Shown here piece by piece: positions 35,200 through 49,882 of a stretch of DNA of 64,000 bases (positions within the stretch are counted from its first letter, which is position 1; every line of letters begins with the position of its first letter). This DNA is from Blastocystis sp. Blastoise (Eukaryota > Protista > Bigyra: Opalinata), in assembly GCA_039096225.1 (NCBI GenBank), contig JBBPEB010000014.1, forward strand, positions 2,108,001-2,172,000, written 5' to 3'. The translations under genes and the position numbers were made by a program. Under the pieces are notes generated by a model. It saw only the letters and a program-made list of their open reading frames with translations. It did no database searches and was not told the origin of the DNA.

Positions 35200-35965
35200 T
35201 TATTTGTATTTAAATGATTTAGCATTAATAAATTAGAATTAAATGATTTATTCTAAGAATGTATTATATATCAATATATATGTGAGTATATATTATCTAT
35301 ACATAGATTATTATGGTAAACCAAATAAGATTGTATATGATTATGCAGAAAAAACTATTAATAATATGTCACAATTACTGTATCCCTCTAGTTCTATACA
35401 TGTATATAATATTTATTTATAGTCTATACTCTTCTATTTATTTATTATCATTTTCTTATTCTAATTTCATATATAATTATGTATATTTATATAATACATA
35501 ATAATTGACATTCAGAATATTTTTATTACAATCTTATATATATATATACATAGATTGACCGTTATTATGGAATTGGGGATAACCCTCATAGTGATATTGT
35601 AGGAGCCAATCAAGCTGGTCCTTTATGGAATAGTGTTTATGTGTATATATATATATATATAGATTTCATATCTTTTCCTAAATATATATTGTTTTTTAAA
35701 TATATATATATTATAAACCCTATATATCTTATTATATCTATTTTATTTATTAACTATATTATAAACCCTATAGATCTATTTATATCTATAAAATTTATTA
35801 TATGTATTATAAACCCTATATTTCTATTTCTATGTATAAAATTTATTATATAGTAAAACTGGAAGTTTAGCACCTCCTAAGTTAAATACAAATGAATGTC
35901 CTAAATATACATATTCAGATGTATTTGAAGCTGTTCAAGAAATATATAAAATGAATTATCAATAA
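33879..35965 (+). CDS. HAD-superfamily class IIA hydrolase (HDHD5/CECR5-like)
   Basis: IACDIDGVL, FMTNGGG, IIQSHTPM, NPDLLY, YGKP, YGIGDNPHSDIVGAN, VKTG. Confidence 0.92.
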
Positions 35966-36445
35966 ACAATCGTTCATAGAAAAATACACACTTTTTATCC
36001 TTTTTCAATTTTTTTTTATTTCTTTAATTTTTTATATGACTGTGTATTTGATTTCTTCAATTTGATTCTTTCTCCATCTATCTAGAGTTCAGTTTTTATC
36101 ATGTTATCAATTGTGTCAAATAACTCATTTGTGTTGTTTACATCTTTAAACATTTAAAAATTTCTATATTATAGTGTTCCATTGTTTCAGACGTCAGTTA
36201 TATTGTTTTTAATAGGAAACAAATCATCATGATTCATAAAATCGAAATCCCTAATGTCAATATCATGTCCTATTTGTACGGGTATCCCTCTGGGTTAACA
36301 TAAAATACCTTTATTTAAACATCTGTATTCTTTCAAAGAGAAAACAAACAAAAACTCTCTGAATGAAAATATTCGTGATTATTGGTAAAACAGAAGAATG
36401 AACTTGTTAATTTCTTTTCGTTAGATTATCTAATAATTAGTGAAG

Positions 36446-39400
36446 ATGTTCCGATTCATAGTCAAATCAAAAGTACGTACACATCCTTTAATTTATATAA
36501 ATCTCCTTAGAGTACTAAAGCAGCCAAAACATTTTTACAATCTCTTAAGAGATATGAAAGTGGAGTAGCTAATACAACTAAAACCCAAGCAAAAGATGTC
36601 AAATCAAAGATTCCAAAAGATGTCAAAGTTGAAGCCAAACAAATGCCTAAAGCTGATATTCCAAAAGAAACTCCTAAACAATCAAAGAAGAATAGTCATT
36701 GGGGTTTAGTTATTTCCTCTTTAATTGTAGGAACACCTGCTGCAATTTATGTTGCTTTAAAGGAATCTGATGAATTCTACAATTATTGTGATACTCATTA
36801 TCCATCTTATATTTCTAAAATTGAACAATATGTTACTCTTCGAAATAAACAATCACAAAGTATATTTTTTTATTTTTTTTATTTATTAATTCTATATTAT
36901 TATATATTATTTATTATTTATTATTATATATAGATAGCGTTGCTTCTATTATAAATACTCCTGTGGAATCTGCAAAGGTTACCGAAGGTATAATTATATT
37001 TTTTTTATTCCTATTTTTATTTATATATATTTCTAGAGCCAATCGTTCCAACTGAAACAGAAATTCAAGTTGATTCCATTCCCGTGGAAAATATTGATAA
37101 TTCTGATATGTCTGAAAATGTGTCTGAAAATAGTTCAGCTGTGCATCCATCTGAAGAATTGAAAGAAGAATCAATAAATAATAGTATTATTGATTCTATT
37201 CCTGAAGAAAAAGAAGAAGAAGAAGAAGAAGGAGACTATGTTCCTATAAATACTATGATTGTAAGTGATTCTATTAAGGAGATAAATAATGAAATAGAAG
37301 AACTTGAAGAGAAAGAGAAGAAGGAAGAAGAAGAAAAAGAAGAAATAAAAGAAATTGAAAATGAAGTTAATGTTATTATAAGTAATTTAGCTTTAGATGA
37401 AATAGAAGAAGAAAAGAAAGAAGAAATAGAAGAAGAAAAAGTAGAAAAAGCAGAAGAAGAAAAAGTAGAAAAAGGAGAAAAGAATTTAACTTGGGGAATA
37501 GGGAAATCAGCTGTTAAACAACAAGAGAATCGTTGGGGATTTGAGAAGAATATTGTTCCTAAAGTGGAATCTGAAGTATCTCCAGTTGTTCCTACTAATG
37601 TAATAGAAGAAGAAAAAGAGAAGGAGAATAAAGTAGTAGAAGAAGAAAAGGAAGAAGAAGAAAAAGAAGAAATAATAATGAATCACGTCGAATCTGATGA
37701 TATTGTAATACCTATAGAAGCAGAAGAAGAAAAGGAAGAAGAAGAAAAGAAGGTTATTCCTGAAGTCCATGCAGAGAATATTTCTGTTGAAGAAGGTATT
37801 CAACATATTAATCAAGAACATGATGACTTTATAAAGAATGAGATTGATGCCAAGATTAAAGAGCAACTCTCTCATATACCTGAGTTACCCGTATATATAT
37901 ATATATATATATAATACAGTGAATATATACAATACAATACTGTACTATATATTGTACTAAAATATACTATAGATATATGAAGTATTCAGTTGATAATATA
38001 TACTTTATATTATAATATATATATATATATATATAGTCAAAGGATCGTAGTGAGGAGTTACTTCGCGTTATTCTGGAGTTACAAGAGGAGTTGAAGAAGG
38101 GTATAGAACAAGAAGGAGTTCGATTATATGAAGCACTGAAACTACAAAAAGAAGAACTAGTTCAACAAGTATATAGTTTTATTATTGTTATTATTATTGT
38201 TATTATGTTTATGTTTATGTTTATATTATCTTTCTATATATATATATATATAGAGTAAGGAGTCCTTAGAAGAAGAGAAGGAGACTTTAAAACAGCAGTT
38301 AGAAGATGAGTATGAACAACAATATAAAGATAGAGAAGAAGAATTAGAAGATATATATAGAGAAAAGCAAGAGGAACTAAGAAATATGTATGAAGATGCT
38401 ATTGATGAATATAAATATAACTGTGAGAAACAACATGAAGGTGAATTATTAGCTGAAGAAGCCGATATTATAAACACGTGGAGATCACGTGCTGAAGATA
38501 TTAAAGATACTCTTGAGGCTCAAGTCAGCGAAGAGCGTCATCAGAGAATAACTGAGTTAAACAATGTTAATGATCAATTAAGTAAATTATTAGATGCGTT
38601 AGAGAAGCAGGAAACAGAAATAGAGACTCAAACGGCATTAAACGTTATTAATAAGACAGCATTATCTCTTTCTTATCATTTATATACATCCAAGTCGATT
38701 CAACATGATATCGAACAATTAGTATATATATATATATTCATATTATTTATCTAGAAAATATGCATATATTCTTATTTATATTATTTATATAGAAAATATA
38801 TATATTCTTATTCATTTATTTATATAGAAAATATATATATATTCTTATTCATATTATTTATATAGAAAATATATGCTTCAGAAGATCCAGTGATCAAGTC
38901 CTTTATTGACACGATTCCCGCGGGAATTGTTGAACATGGTTTACCCCCTCTTTCTAATTATTATGTAAAATATATGGAATTAAAGAAAGATGCTCATGTG
39001 GCTGCCCGTACTCCCGCCACATCCTCGTTAGGCGGGCAAATGTTAGGAAGAGTGACGGCATCCCTCGTCAAGAACACAGTGGGATTAACAGAAAATGATC
39101 CCCTCCGTATCCTGGAACACATAGAAACACAATTAAAGGAGTATATTTATGTTATTATTATTATCTATTTTTTATCTATTTTTTATATATTTTTTTTTAT
39201 TTTTATATATATTTTTTTTTATTTATATATATATATATTTTATTTCTTTTTATTATCTTTTTTTTTATTATCAATTTATTATTTTGTTCATTTTTATGCT
39301 TCGTTTCACGTTTGTCGCATAAATATAGTTTCTCTATAATCAAATTATGTTATTATTACTTCTCTATATATATAGCGGTGATTTAGAGGGTGCTTATGAG

Positions 39401-39610
39401 AGTGGTAAGAAATTAGAGGGAGAACCTTATAATATTCTCAGCCAGTGGTTGGAAGATATTCACATAAGAATTCAAATTGAAAAAGTATATTTAGAAATAA
39501 TAATAATTTTTTTGTTTTTGAACATTTTCATTCGTTTTATCTATTATTTGTTTTTATAGGCATTTGAATTATTAAATCAACATTTATCTGTTAATTCTAG
39601 AGTAGAATAA
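36446..39610 (+). CDS. MIC60: MICOS subunit Mic60/mitofilin
   Basis: Presequence, single TM helix, long acidic coiled coil, and a C-terminal mitofilin domain (DPVIKSFIDTIP..GLP, SLGGQMLG, ILEHIE..GDLEGA..LEG..QWLED). Confidence 0.8.
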
Positions 39611-40429
39611 GATAGCAACGTTGTGATTATCAACTCAACTTCATTAGATTCATTGTTTTTTACATTATTCATTTTTTTCATATAATTTTATAAGCCTAAT
39701 TTTTATTTATTTCATCTCTAGTAGAATATTTTTTTATTATGACCGGTACATGTGCATATTGAATGCTTTATGTTTTGTTTTTTCTTTGTTGTTTATTCAT
39801 TTCAACCGAGTAATTGCACAGAATTTCACGAATATCATTTTGAATTCATTTTATAACGATTTAAATTCAAACTCTTATAGCATTGTCCATAAATTGAGGT
39901 TTCACTATGTTGAAGCAAAACGTCATATAGTTTGATATCGTTTAGATATATATAACACTCGTGAATCTTTGTTAGCAACTAGAATACAAACTTGAGAAAG
40001 CGTATCCATGATATAAAGTATCATAATTTTTTGTTTTACGTTATTTAGATTTGAAGAACATAGTGTTTTAGAATATTTAGATAATTGTATAATGATATGT
40101 TAATCAATTGTATCGATGTAATGCAAAATAGCTATGTTCTTCTGATAGAATAGTTTTTAATATATTGAATCATTATTTTTATATGATTATTGCAGTATAA
40201 ACTTCTAAAATAATCCAAAAGTAAATTTGGAGAACTAATTTCTAATGAAATTTCTTTCATATTTCGTTTTCTTTTATTTTTTTCATTTTTTTAAATATAT
40301 TATCATTTTATATGCATAACAAAACATACAAGAGTATAACTAGTATAAATAATAACAAATAGTTGAACAAAAGAAAAAAATATATAAAAATTGATAATCT
40401 ATGATTTAAGTTTTAAGAATTAATTGTGG

Positions 40430-40828
40430 TTAAGCTATAACAGAACAAACTGTAGCACTAACCATAATACCCACACCTAAAATAATAAGAATGATATCAA
40501 ATGCTTTATCCCATTTTGAAGCATACATCTTAATACGAAGATGAATGAATGGAGGGAAGATAAAAGATACAGTTGTCACAGCAAAACATCCTAGTAAACT
40601 GATTAAGGTAATTCTAATGGATTTCAATTTTTATTTTATTGATGAAATAAACATATATATATGTATATATACATTAAATGATATGATAGAAAATGATTAC
40701 AAAAGGATATCAAAAGAAAAAACAGTTAAAATGGATGTAAAGAAGATGGCAAGTAAGCAATCGACAGCTAAAGCTCCAACACGACATATAATACGTCTCC
40801 AGTCAGTTACAAAGAAGTGAGTTTCTTC

Positions 40829-40863
<35 letters not shown>

Positions 40864-41370
40864 ATATATATATATAATGATTACAAAGTTGTTATTAAAA
40901 GAAAAAAATAATTATTTATTGATATTGATTTAAAAAATAATAAAAATGTATATTTAAGAAGAATAATAAAAGTAGATAGATGATTCGAAACTGTACCTGT
41001 TTTGACCCACGATTGGATGGCGACTGCAGCGGGATATACAGCAATAGGATAAGAGACACAACAGGTAAGAGCTATACCGAGAGAGGCAATCATGTAGTAT
41101 ATAGACGTAGAAGGAATACTTTCTAAAATATTATCTTTGATTGTAGCTAGAAAAGAAAGAACATATATATTAATATGTTAATAATAATGATGAATATATG
41201 AATATAATAATAATAATATGATGAATATAATAATAATAAATAGAATAACATACCTCCTTCCGAAGAATAAGTGATTACTGAAAAAGAGCCGAAAAGAATA
41301 TAGAAGAGAAGACAGAGAGAAAGAGAGAGAGAGAGAACTAAATCAAATTTTGAGGGATCTTTCATACTGA

Positions 41371-41411
<41 letters not shown>

Positions 41412-41639
41412 CATATCACTATTGACTATGTTCTATAAAGAATAATAACAATATAAATATATATATTTATATATACTTTGGAAGAAGCACCAATAAAAGC
41501 AACAGCTAAATTTACACATAAAATACCAAATATATTAGCGATTGATAATGGATTACGTGGTAACCACATAGCATTATCATAATGAAATCCATATGTTACT
41601 CCTCCATATCTATATATATATATATCATTAATAATAAAC

Positions 41640-41728
<89 letters not shown>

Positions 41729-42416
41729 CATAATAAACATAATAAACATAATAATAAACATAATAATAATAATAATAAATAGATAATAAACATATAATAT
41801 ATACACCATGACAAGAACCATGCTTGCTAATAACATAACGTTACCGATTTGAGAGACAAAACTGAGTGAACTATAATAACAATAAACATAATAATAAATA
41901 TTTTTGAAAAATAATAAATAAATAAAATATACCTTAATGAACGAATACAACTTAAAGGTGCAGCAATAATAAAGAAGATAGCTGCCCAAAAATAAGAACT
42001 CTTTCCAAGAGGAAATCCCCAGACATCCCATTCAAATCCAGAAAGTAATTGGTCCCAAGTCATAACATAAGCAACGACAGCACCATAGAGTGTAACAACA
42101 TACATAAAATTCAAAAGCCAAACACCATATTTAGGAATAGCTTTCTCAATAAGAATGAAATAAGGATCCTCACCTTCTTTAGGTGCAATTAAGCAATCAT
42201 CTAAACAGGAAAGCAACCTTTTTAAAGAGAAAACAATCCATATTACAGAGATTGTTCCTAGAATAATAGTTGAAATGAAACCAGCGTCATAAGTTGCAAT
42301 AGGAATGGTTAAAACACTCATTCCTAGACAAATCTTCACTAAATTTCCAAAAGTCTACATAAAAATCATTTACAACTATATAATATTCAATATACTTGAA
42401 ACTCAGAAGCAGGCAT
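40430..42416 (-). CDS. Amino-acid transporter (AAAP family), paralog 3
   Basis: MPASEFQTFGNLVKICLGMSVLTIP, LYGAVVAY, SYPIAVYP, SFVGCFAV..SFIFPP. Confidence 0.9.
40594..40710 (-). other. U12-type AT-AC intron
   Basis: 5' ATATCCTTT, branch ACCTTAAT, ends TTTAC. Restores FSFVGCF at the homologous position. Confidence 0.9.
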
Positions 42417-43923
42417 ATTCTTTAATAGTTTCAAAAATGAGTAAAACAATATTTGTAGTTTAAGAACAAATGTAATGTCTTTTGTTTCTCCTGCTTTTTG
42501 GTGGAAATTCGACTGCGATTTGTCATTATGTGTCACAGCTGAACACCAACAGAATACCGAATAATTGAAATAAATCATTTTGATTGGAACGTTTCATCCT
42601 TTTTTAAAGAAGTCATTTGTTGGTTTTCTGACACAGTTGTTAACATTGATTTTTGTCTCTTTGTCAGTATCGATGACATTCTTGTCTTGTTCATTTATTT
42701 ACACATTTTTTAGTATTGTAGATATTATTCATCAAAACATGAATCTATATATCGAATATAAAAACAAAATAAAACATTTTGCCCTTTGATTGCTGCACTA
42801 TTTATTGTTGAAAATGCCATTTTTATGTTGATACTACATATTTAAATGTGGGGATATTAAAAAATAATGATAAGTTACTTTGGACGAAGAGACTCAAAAC
42901 TTGGCTTTAGGAGCTTTTTATGGTTTTCGATTACAAATATTGTATCTGAGTAATATAAAAAAGAGAATACGACACTTTTTAAAATCATATAAGAAGAATT
43001 TCGTATCCATTTTCAAATTATTATTTAAAAGTTTTCTTGTTGCAAATAATAAACCTTTATAAAGATGCAGCTCTATTGTCTGCTATATGGAATTGCTACA
43101 TAAGTTTCGTTTTTGTTTATGTATAAAACTGTTGGAAATTATTCCATTTTGATTTTATCATATAAAAATAAATTACATGGAGCAATGACTTGAGTAAAAG
43201 CTTTTCAAATAGAGTTAAGCAAAAATTTCTTGGTCAATACTTTAAAAATATTGATTTTTTTTACAAAACGGTTTCTGAGTTCTTGATATAGATAGATACT
43301 TATGCAAGTGCTTTTTAAAAGAATATAACATATATAGAGTATCGATAATGTTGCAAAATAGACACAAATTTAGCTCAAAGAAAGTCTATTTTGAATGAAA
43401 GCATATAGCTACATAAATTACAATAATAGAGATTCATACTATAGCCAAAAATTTTCTTTTGTTCATATTGAAAAAGTTGTAACAAAGACACAAACAAATC
43501 TAAAAAAGAGAAAAAGTTAAAAGAATTCTCGAAAGTGAATCATAAAGTAGAAATGAATAATAGAAGATTGTAAACACAAATCGAACTGACACTACGTTGT
43601 CTCAGGAATTTATTTAAAAATGAGGGTGTATTCGTCAAATATTCAAGATTAAGAATTCTAGCTAATTTGACAAAGTGGAAAATATCGATTATGATGTATG
43701 ACAGTGTCATCGTGACGAGCAATTGAATACAATTGTAATCGTAATTTAATTGGACTATCTAGAAATGTAATCATCTCAATTGAGGTTAGCCAATTATTTT
43801 ATTGTGTTAGAAATACCGTCACAATTGTATTCAATTCCCTGAAGAGCGTCATAATTAGCAACAAACTATTTTTATATTGTCTATTTTATCAAAAATAATT
43901 TGTTTTTTTGTTAAATAATAACA

Positions 43924-44895
43924 ATGAAGGCTATTTTAGTTGCTCTCTTTGCTGTTTGTGCTCTTTCTTTTGCTCACTCCAACTCTTACTACAAGGCTCA
44001 ATTTGGTGCTTACACTGCTAAGTTCAATAAGAACTATTCTGCTCAAGAAACCAGATATCGTCTTTCTGTTTTCTCTGAAAATCTTGATTTCATTAATGCT
44101 GAAAACGAAAAGGGTCACTCTTACACTCTTGGTATTACCCCCTTTGTTGATATGACTCATGACGAATTTAAGGCTTCTAGAATCTGTGGTTGTATGATGA
44201 AGAAACCCGCTCACTCTCTTAGAAATTCTCGTACTCTTAAGGAAGACATTCCTGCTTCTATTAACTGGATTGAAAAGGGAGCTGTCAATGCTGTTAAGAA
44301 TCAAGCTTCTTGCGGTTCTTGCTGGGCTTTCTCTGCTGTTGCTGCTATGGAAGGTGTTGATGCCATTAAGAACGGTAAGCTTCAATCTTTCTCTGAACAA
44401 CAACTTGTTGATTGTGATCATAAGTCTAATGGTTGTAATGGTGGTTTAATGGATAACGCTTTTGAATATGTCATTAATCACAGAGGTATTTGCTCTGAAG
44501 AAGCTTATCCCTACACTGCTAAGGATGGTAGCTGTAAGGATTCTACTTGTACTTCTATTGCTAAATTCTCTGACTTCGTTGATGTTGAAGAAAATAATGG
44601 TAAACAACTTCTTGCTGCTATTGCCAAGAACCCTGTCTCTGTTGCTGTTGAAGCTGATTCCTTCGTCTTCCAATATTACACTGGTGGTGTTGTTACTGAC
44701 GACGCTTGCGGAACTTCTCTTAACCATGGTGTTGCTGCTGTTGGTTATGGTACTGAAGAAGGTAAGAAATATATTCTTGTCAGAAACTCTTGGGGTGGTG
44801 ACTGGGGTGTAGATGGTTACATTAAGATTGGTCACGTCGATGAAGGTACCGGTGTTTGTGGTATTAACATGATGGCTTCTTATCCTCTTGCTTAA
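43924..44895 (+). CDS. Papain-family (C1A) cathepsin L-like cysteine protease, intronless
   Basis: 323 aa with signal peptide, QASCGSCWAF, NHGV and NSWG. Strong codon bias suggests high expression. Confidence 0.96.
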   Translation: MKAILVALFAVCALSFAHSNSYYKAQFGAYTAKFNKNYSAQETRYRLSVFSENLDFINAENEKGHSYTLGITPFVDMTHDEFKASRICGCMMKKPAHSLRNSRTLKEDIPASINWIEKGAVNAVKNQASCGSCWAFSAVAAMEGVDAIKNGKLQSFSEQQLVDCDHKSNGCNGGLMDNAFEYVINHRGICSEEAYPYTAKDGSCKDSTCTSIAKFSDFVDVEENNGKQLLAAIAKNPVSVAVEADSFVFQYYTGGVVTDDACGTSLNHGVAAVGYGTEEGKKYILVRNSWGGDWGVDGYIKIGHVDEGTGVCGINMMASYPLA

Positions 44896-45875
44896 ATTAA
44901 ATTTTAATATTTACTATTAAAGTTTTGCTTAATTAAAAAAGTTGTTTTGTTTTATATGATTTTAAATATTATTAAATAACTATTATAAAGAGTTTATAAA
45001 GATTAGTTCATGCTGATTAGATGCTTCTATAATGTTTATATATAAAAATATTATTATTAAAGTGTATGGAAAAAGTTATGTTTAAAAAGATATATTTTTC
45101 AACATTATTTTTTTTTCATTATATAAACTTTTATTCGCTATTTATTATATATTTGATATTGATTATATTTTATATTTGTTCTAGAGTCAATTTTATTAAA
45201 AACTAAAGACTTATGCATTGTTTACACATAATTAGTGACACATTATGCTAAAAGATATATTTCATATTATCATGCATAACCATATGTTCAATAATATATA
45301 TATGACAATATGCTATTATTTTTAAAAACTACTTTTCCATTCATTTAATGAAAATATATGACCAACAATTTGCTTCATATACTTATGGTTTCTGAGAACC
45401 TATCATTTCAAATTCTTATAATCGATTGATATACATATTCTTTGAATAATGACCACAAATTCTATTTTTTTCTTATCTTGAAATGCTTCTCAGTAATCTT
45501 AAAGTATTTCCATAATATATTATCAACGCCTGACATCCTAAATCATTCTTTATGTAGATTTATGACATAAGATAAATAAAAAACAAAAATTCGTGTTAAT
45601 TTCTTATGTTTTGAGTCAAAAAATATGAATGAAGTTTATACATTTATATCGAACATTTTTTTTATTTCGCACAACAAATTATATAGGGACATGTTGGGTG
45701 ATGACGGCTTTTGACTATACTATAGATATTTATGTAGATAGGGTTATAGTTCTATAAAGGGATGGTAAATTTTTTGTAATAAATAAAAATATGTTTGTGA
45801 CTAAGGCAAATAAACGTTTCACATAGGGAGTTTTCTTGGTATATTTTGAAGGGAAAAAAATAAAAAAATACCAAA

Positions 45876-46584
45876 ATGAGTTCAGAAGACAAGATAGACT
45901 CTGAAATCTCTTCGATAGAGAATGATTCTGATGTATCAGTTAGTGAGAATGCTAGTGATGTTTCAGATATCGAATCAAATGACATTGATGAGAAGGAAGA
46001 TCAGCCAAAAGTCGATAATTTAAAAGGTATATATGTGAGTTTTATTATGCGTACAATGAGGATGTAAAATATAATGATACTATATTTTTACTATTATAAA
46101 TAGATGAGAAAACGAATAATAAGAAAGCAAATAAAAACAAGAAAAATAAGAATATAGAAAAGAAGAAGAAAGATCCTAAGCCTATTGATGTTGAAGTTGA
46201 CTTAAAGAATGATGAATGGTATTTGAATGACTTTAAAAATCGTCAAAGTTTCCGTCATCGGATGTATCGTCTTGTAAGTTTTTAAGATTAGTTATATGCT
46301 ACAAGAATAGTCATTTTTATGATAATGATATATATAGACTCCTTTAGTTATTAACGATCCTGAAAAATATTTAAAACAATTATATAGGGAAATGAAAAAA
46401 GGTCGTATTTTCTTATTAAGAAATATGAAGAAGAAATTATCTTTAATGAAAGAAAAGAAAGCTGATGAGGAACAAATCAATTCATTAGAAAATACTGTTC
46501 ATAATATTGAAAATTTGGATTTATTCGCGGTTATTCATCATCTTTTACCGGAAATCTATAACGTTCCTGTTCCTAAGGTATATC

Positions 46585-46625
<41 letters not shown>

Positions 46626-46657
46626 TATGAGAAACCTCTTGAAGAACCCATTCAAAA

Positions 46658-46713
<56 letters not shown>

Positions 46714-46833
46714 CTCTGGATATGTTAATACATAAAAAGGAAGTAGTAGTTTGTGTTGAGAAAATCAAAAGTATTATTAGGTATATATATATATATTTAT
46801 TATTAGGTATATATATATATATTTATTATTATG

Positions 46834-46865
<32 letters not shown>

Positions 46866-47203
46866 TAGTGTAAAGAAAGAACAGCATACCGATATTAAAG
46901 AACAAGTTGTAACACAATCCGTATATATATATATATATATATTAACTAATAATTATTATTATTCCTATTAATTTACTTATATAGATTAAGGAAACCAAAC
47001 AAGAAGTAGGAATTGATTTATCAAAACTTAGTAAGAAGAGAAGACGTGCTGCTGAATATAAATTAAGAATGCAGGCTGAAAATAAGGGATCTATATTCTT
47101 ATCAAAGTTGAATAATAAATCCAGTTTAGGTTCATCATCCGCCCGTTCCCGTCAGGAGGCCGCACGTACGACAATATTAGAAATGAACTTGGGAGATACT
47201 ATT

Positions 47204-47272
<69 letters not shown>

Positions 47273-47820
47273 GTTATTAAAAAATTCATATTATATATAT
47301 ATATGTTATATATTATTATTATTATATATGTTATATTATATATATAGAAAAGATGACAGAAATTGAAGAAGAAGAACATGATAAGAGTATATATATATAT
47401 ATAATAATTATCTATATATATAGAGATGGGAATAAAGAGAAAGCCTACAAAACCAGCTGCTCATAAAGAAAAAAGAACCAAAGTATATATATATATATAT
47501 AATTAATATTATAATATATTCAATACTCTTTGTTTCTATATATATATCTATATATACATATATACATATCTATATATGTATATATCTATATATACATATA
47601 TATACAGTATATCTATATATACATATATATACAATATATCTATGTATAGAAGCCCGCTAAAGAAACTGTTGTTCCCGCGTCTGCTCCTGCTCCTGTGACG
47701 AAGTCAGTTCAACCCCTCCATCCCTCGTGGGCCGCACGAAACGCCGAGAAAGAGAAAGAGAAATTACATATCAGTTTGAATGGTCCCGTGTCTAATAAGA
47801 AGATTGTTTTTGATGAATAA
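45876..47820 (+). CDS. BUD22/SRFBP1-like ribosome biogenesis protein, multi-exon
   Basis: Acidic N-terminus, SIFLSKL, and C-terminal LHPSWAAR...KKIVFDE signature. Confidence 0.8.
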
Positions 47821-48477
47821 TAATAATATTAGTGATAATAATAATATAATAATAATAATTATTATTATTATGTTATGTTTTATTAATAAACTATGTATAT
47901 TTTCTTTTTATATATATAAATATATATTGCTATTAATTTGTGTGTTTTAAATTGAATAATAAATATTAAGAAAGTGATTATTCTTTGGTTATTAAAAGAC
48001 TTTTTTGTTCTCTATTCAATTGGTATTTAGTATATATGGATGAAAAATATATAAAATTCAATTCTATTTTCTAATCTAAGGATAATAATAAATTACAAAC
48101 GAGTTCATGAAATTTTATTTAGTATTATTCACTGACTTTTATAATAATAAGTAATACTCTCTTGTTTAAAATATATCATATTGATATATAGATTAATAGT
48201 TATATTACTGTATATATATCATGTAGTATACTTTTATTATTATTTTATAAACTTAAAATATATGTTTAATTTGTTCCTAATTATTAAAATAGACTCATTG
48301 AGTAATATAGATAGAATTAAAGGTATTCTCTTAAATATAGTTATCACTTTTCTAATTAATAATGATAATTAAACTTATTTTGTAATGAAATAAAGAATAA
48401 GATGAAAATAGGATAATAAGAATAATATTTTAAATATTGTTTTGAAGGCATTCATTCAGTCATAAATAGAATAGAAT

Positions 48478-48818
48478 GAAACAAAACGAATGAGTATATT
48501 GATATAAAATTAAATAGAGTAAAATAAATAAAAAGAATATGAAATGTTTATCTTCTATTAGAAGCAAGATAAGTTTTGATTTGTTCAATTTGTTCAAAAT
48601 CTTTCTATATATAGAATATAATAAATAAAAAATAAATAAATAAAATAAATAAATAAATACCATAGATTGAAGAAGATGAGGATAATTGTTCGTTTCAGGA
48701 GCAGTAGGAATGATTTGATCTAAAACAGAATAAGAAAGACAATCAACAATACTAACTTGATTTCCTAACCAATATTTTCCCTATAAAAAGTATAATAAAT
48801 ATAATAATAATAATAAAC

Positions 48819-48867
<49 letters not shown>

Positions 48868-49882
48868 TAATAATAATAAATATAATAATATACATTATAA
48901 GTATTAAATAATTTTTCTAATCCATTCATAAAAGTAATAAAAGAAGTATCTATATATTATAAATAAAATAAAATATAAAATATAAAATGAATACTATAGA
49001 AATTGTTGATTTGTTCTTTAGGATTCGAAGAGAAAGCAGCATTAAGATAAGCATTAAGAAGATCTTCAAAAGAATCCATAATCATTTGACCAAAATAAAT
49101 AGAATGTTCATCAGATCCTTCAAGATTATATTTATGAGCAATAAAACGAAGAATAGTAGTACTTTGAACAAGATTAAAATGATCAATAGTAAATTGAGGA
49201 AGTTGACCAAAAGGAAGAGAACCATCAGTTATACCACTTGTTTTTATTTCACCCCATTTCTCAAAACTTATTCTTTCATCATTATATTGAGTATTTACAA
49301 GTTCAAGAGCAAGACTATATATATATTTATTTATTATATAATATTATTTATAAAAAATATATATAAAATATATAAATACCGAATAGCATCACCACGTCCT
49401 TTCATATTGAAATATTTAAGATTAATAGAAGACATTATGAAAAAGTATAGATTAAAAGAAAACCAAATAAAAAACTTTATTTAAATAAATAAAATATGAG
49501 AAATGAATATGTGTTAAAATTGATAAATGAATTCATTAGATAAATTGTGGATATAAATATAAAAGAAAGAAAAGATATAAGAAAAAGAAAGAAAAGAAGA
49601 AAAGAAGACTTATGATTGGAAAGAAATTTCAAGAATTTTTGAAAGAACTTTTCATTCATTTTTATATTATTCTTTATAAAGAGAGATTCAACAAGTATTC
49701 ATTTGTTTTGACTTTATGAAACATATGAAATGAATTAGAAGAATTGTATGAATTTAGAAGAATTGAAAATCATTCAACTATTCTTTATATAATAATCTAA
49801 AAAGATTATTCAATTGCTATTTTTTTATAAAACATATGAAATTGTATAAATCAAAATATACATCATATGAAATGATTATTAA
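48478..49882. repeat. ~1.4-kb inverted segmental duplication of ~12495-13900
   Basis: Gene, introns and ~450 bp of upstream DNA match in reverse complement. Confidence 0.9.
48548..49435 (-). CDS. Glutathione S-transferase, copy 2 (inverted near-identical duplicate)
   Basis: Reverse complement of 12941-13832 with few substitutions (e.g. YFD to YFN, IPAA to IPTA). Confidence 0.92.

Noticed and set aside
43936-44835. Long antisense and alternate-frame ORFs over the cathepsin (likewise over cyclophilin and the GS linker)
   Set aside because: By-product of strong codon bias in the real gene.
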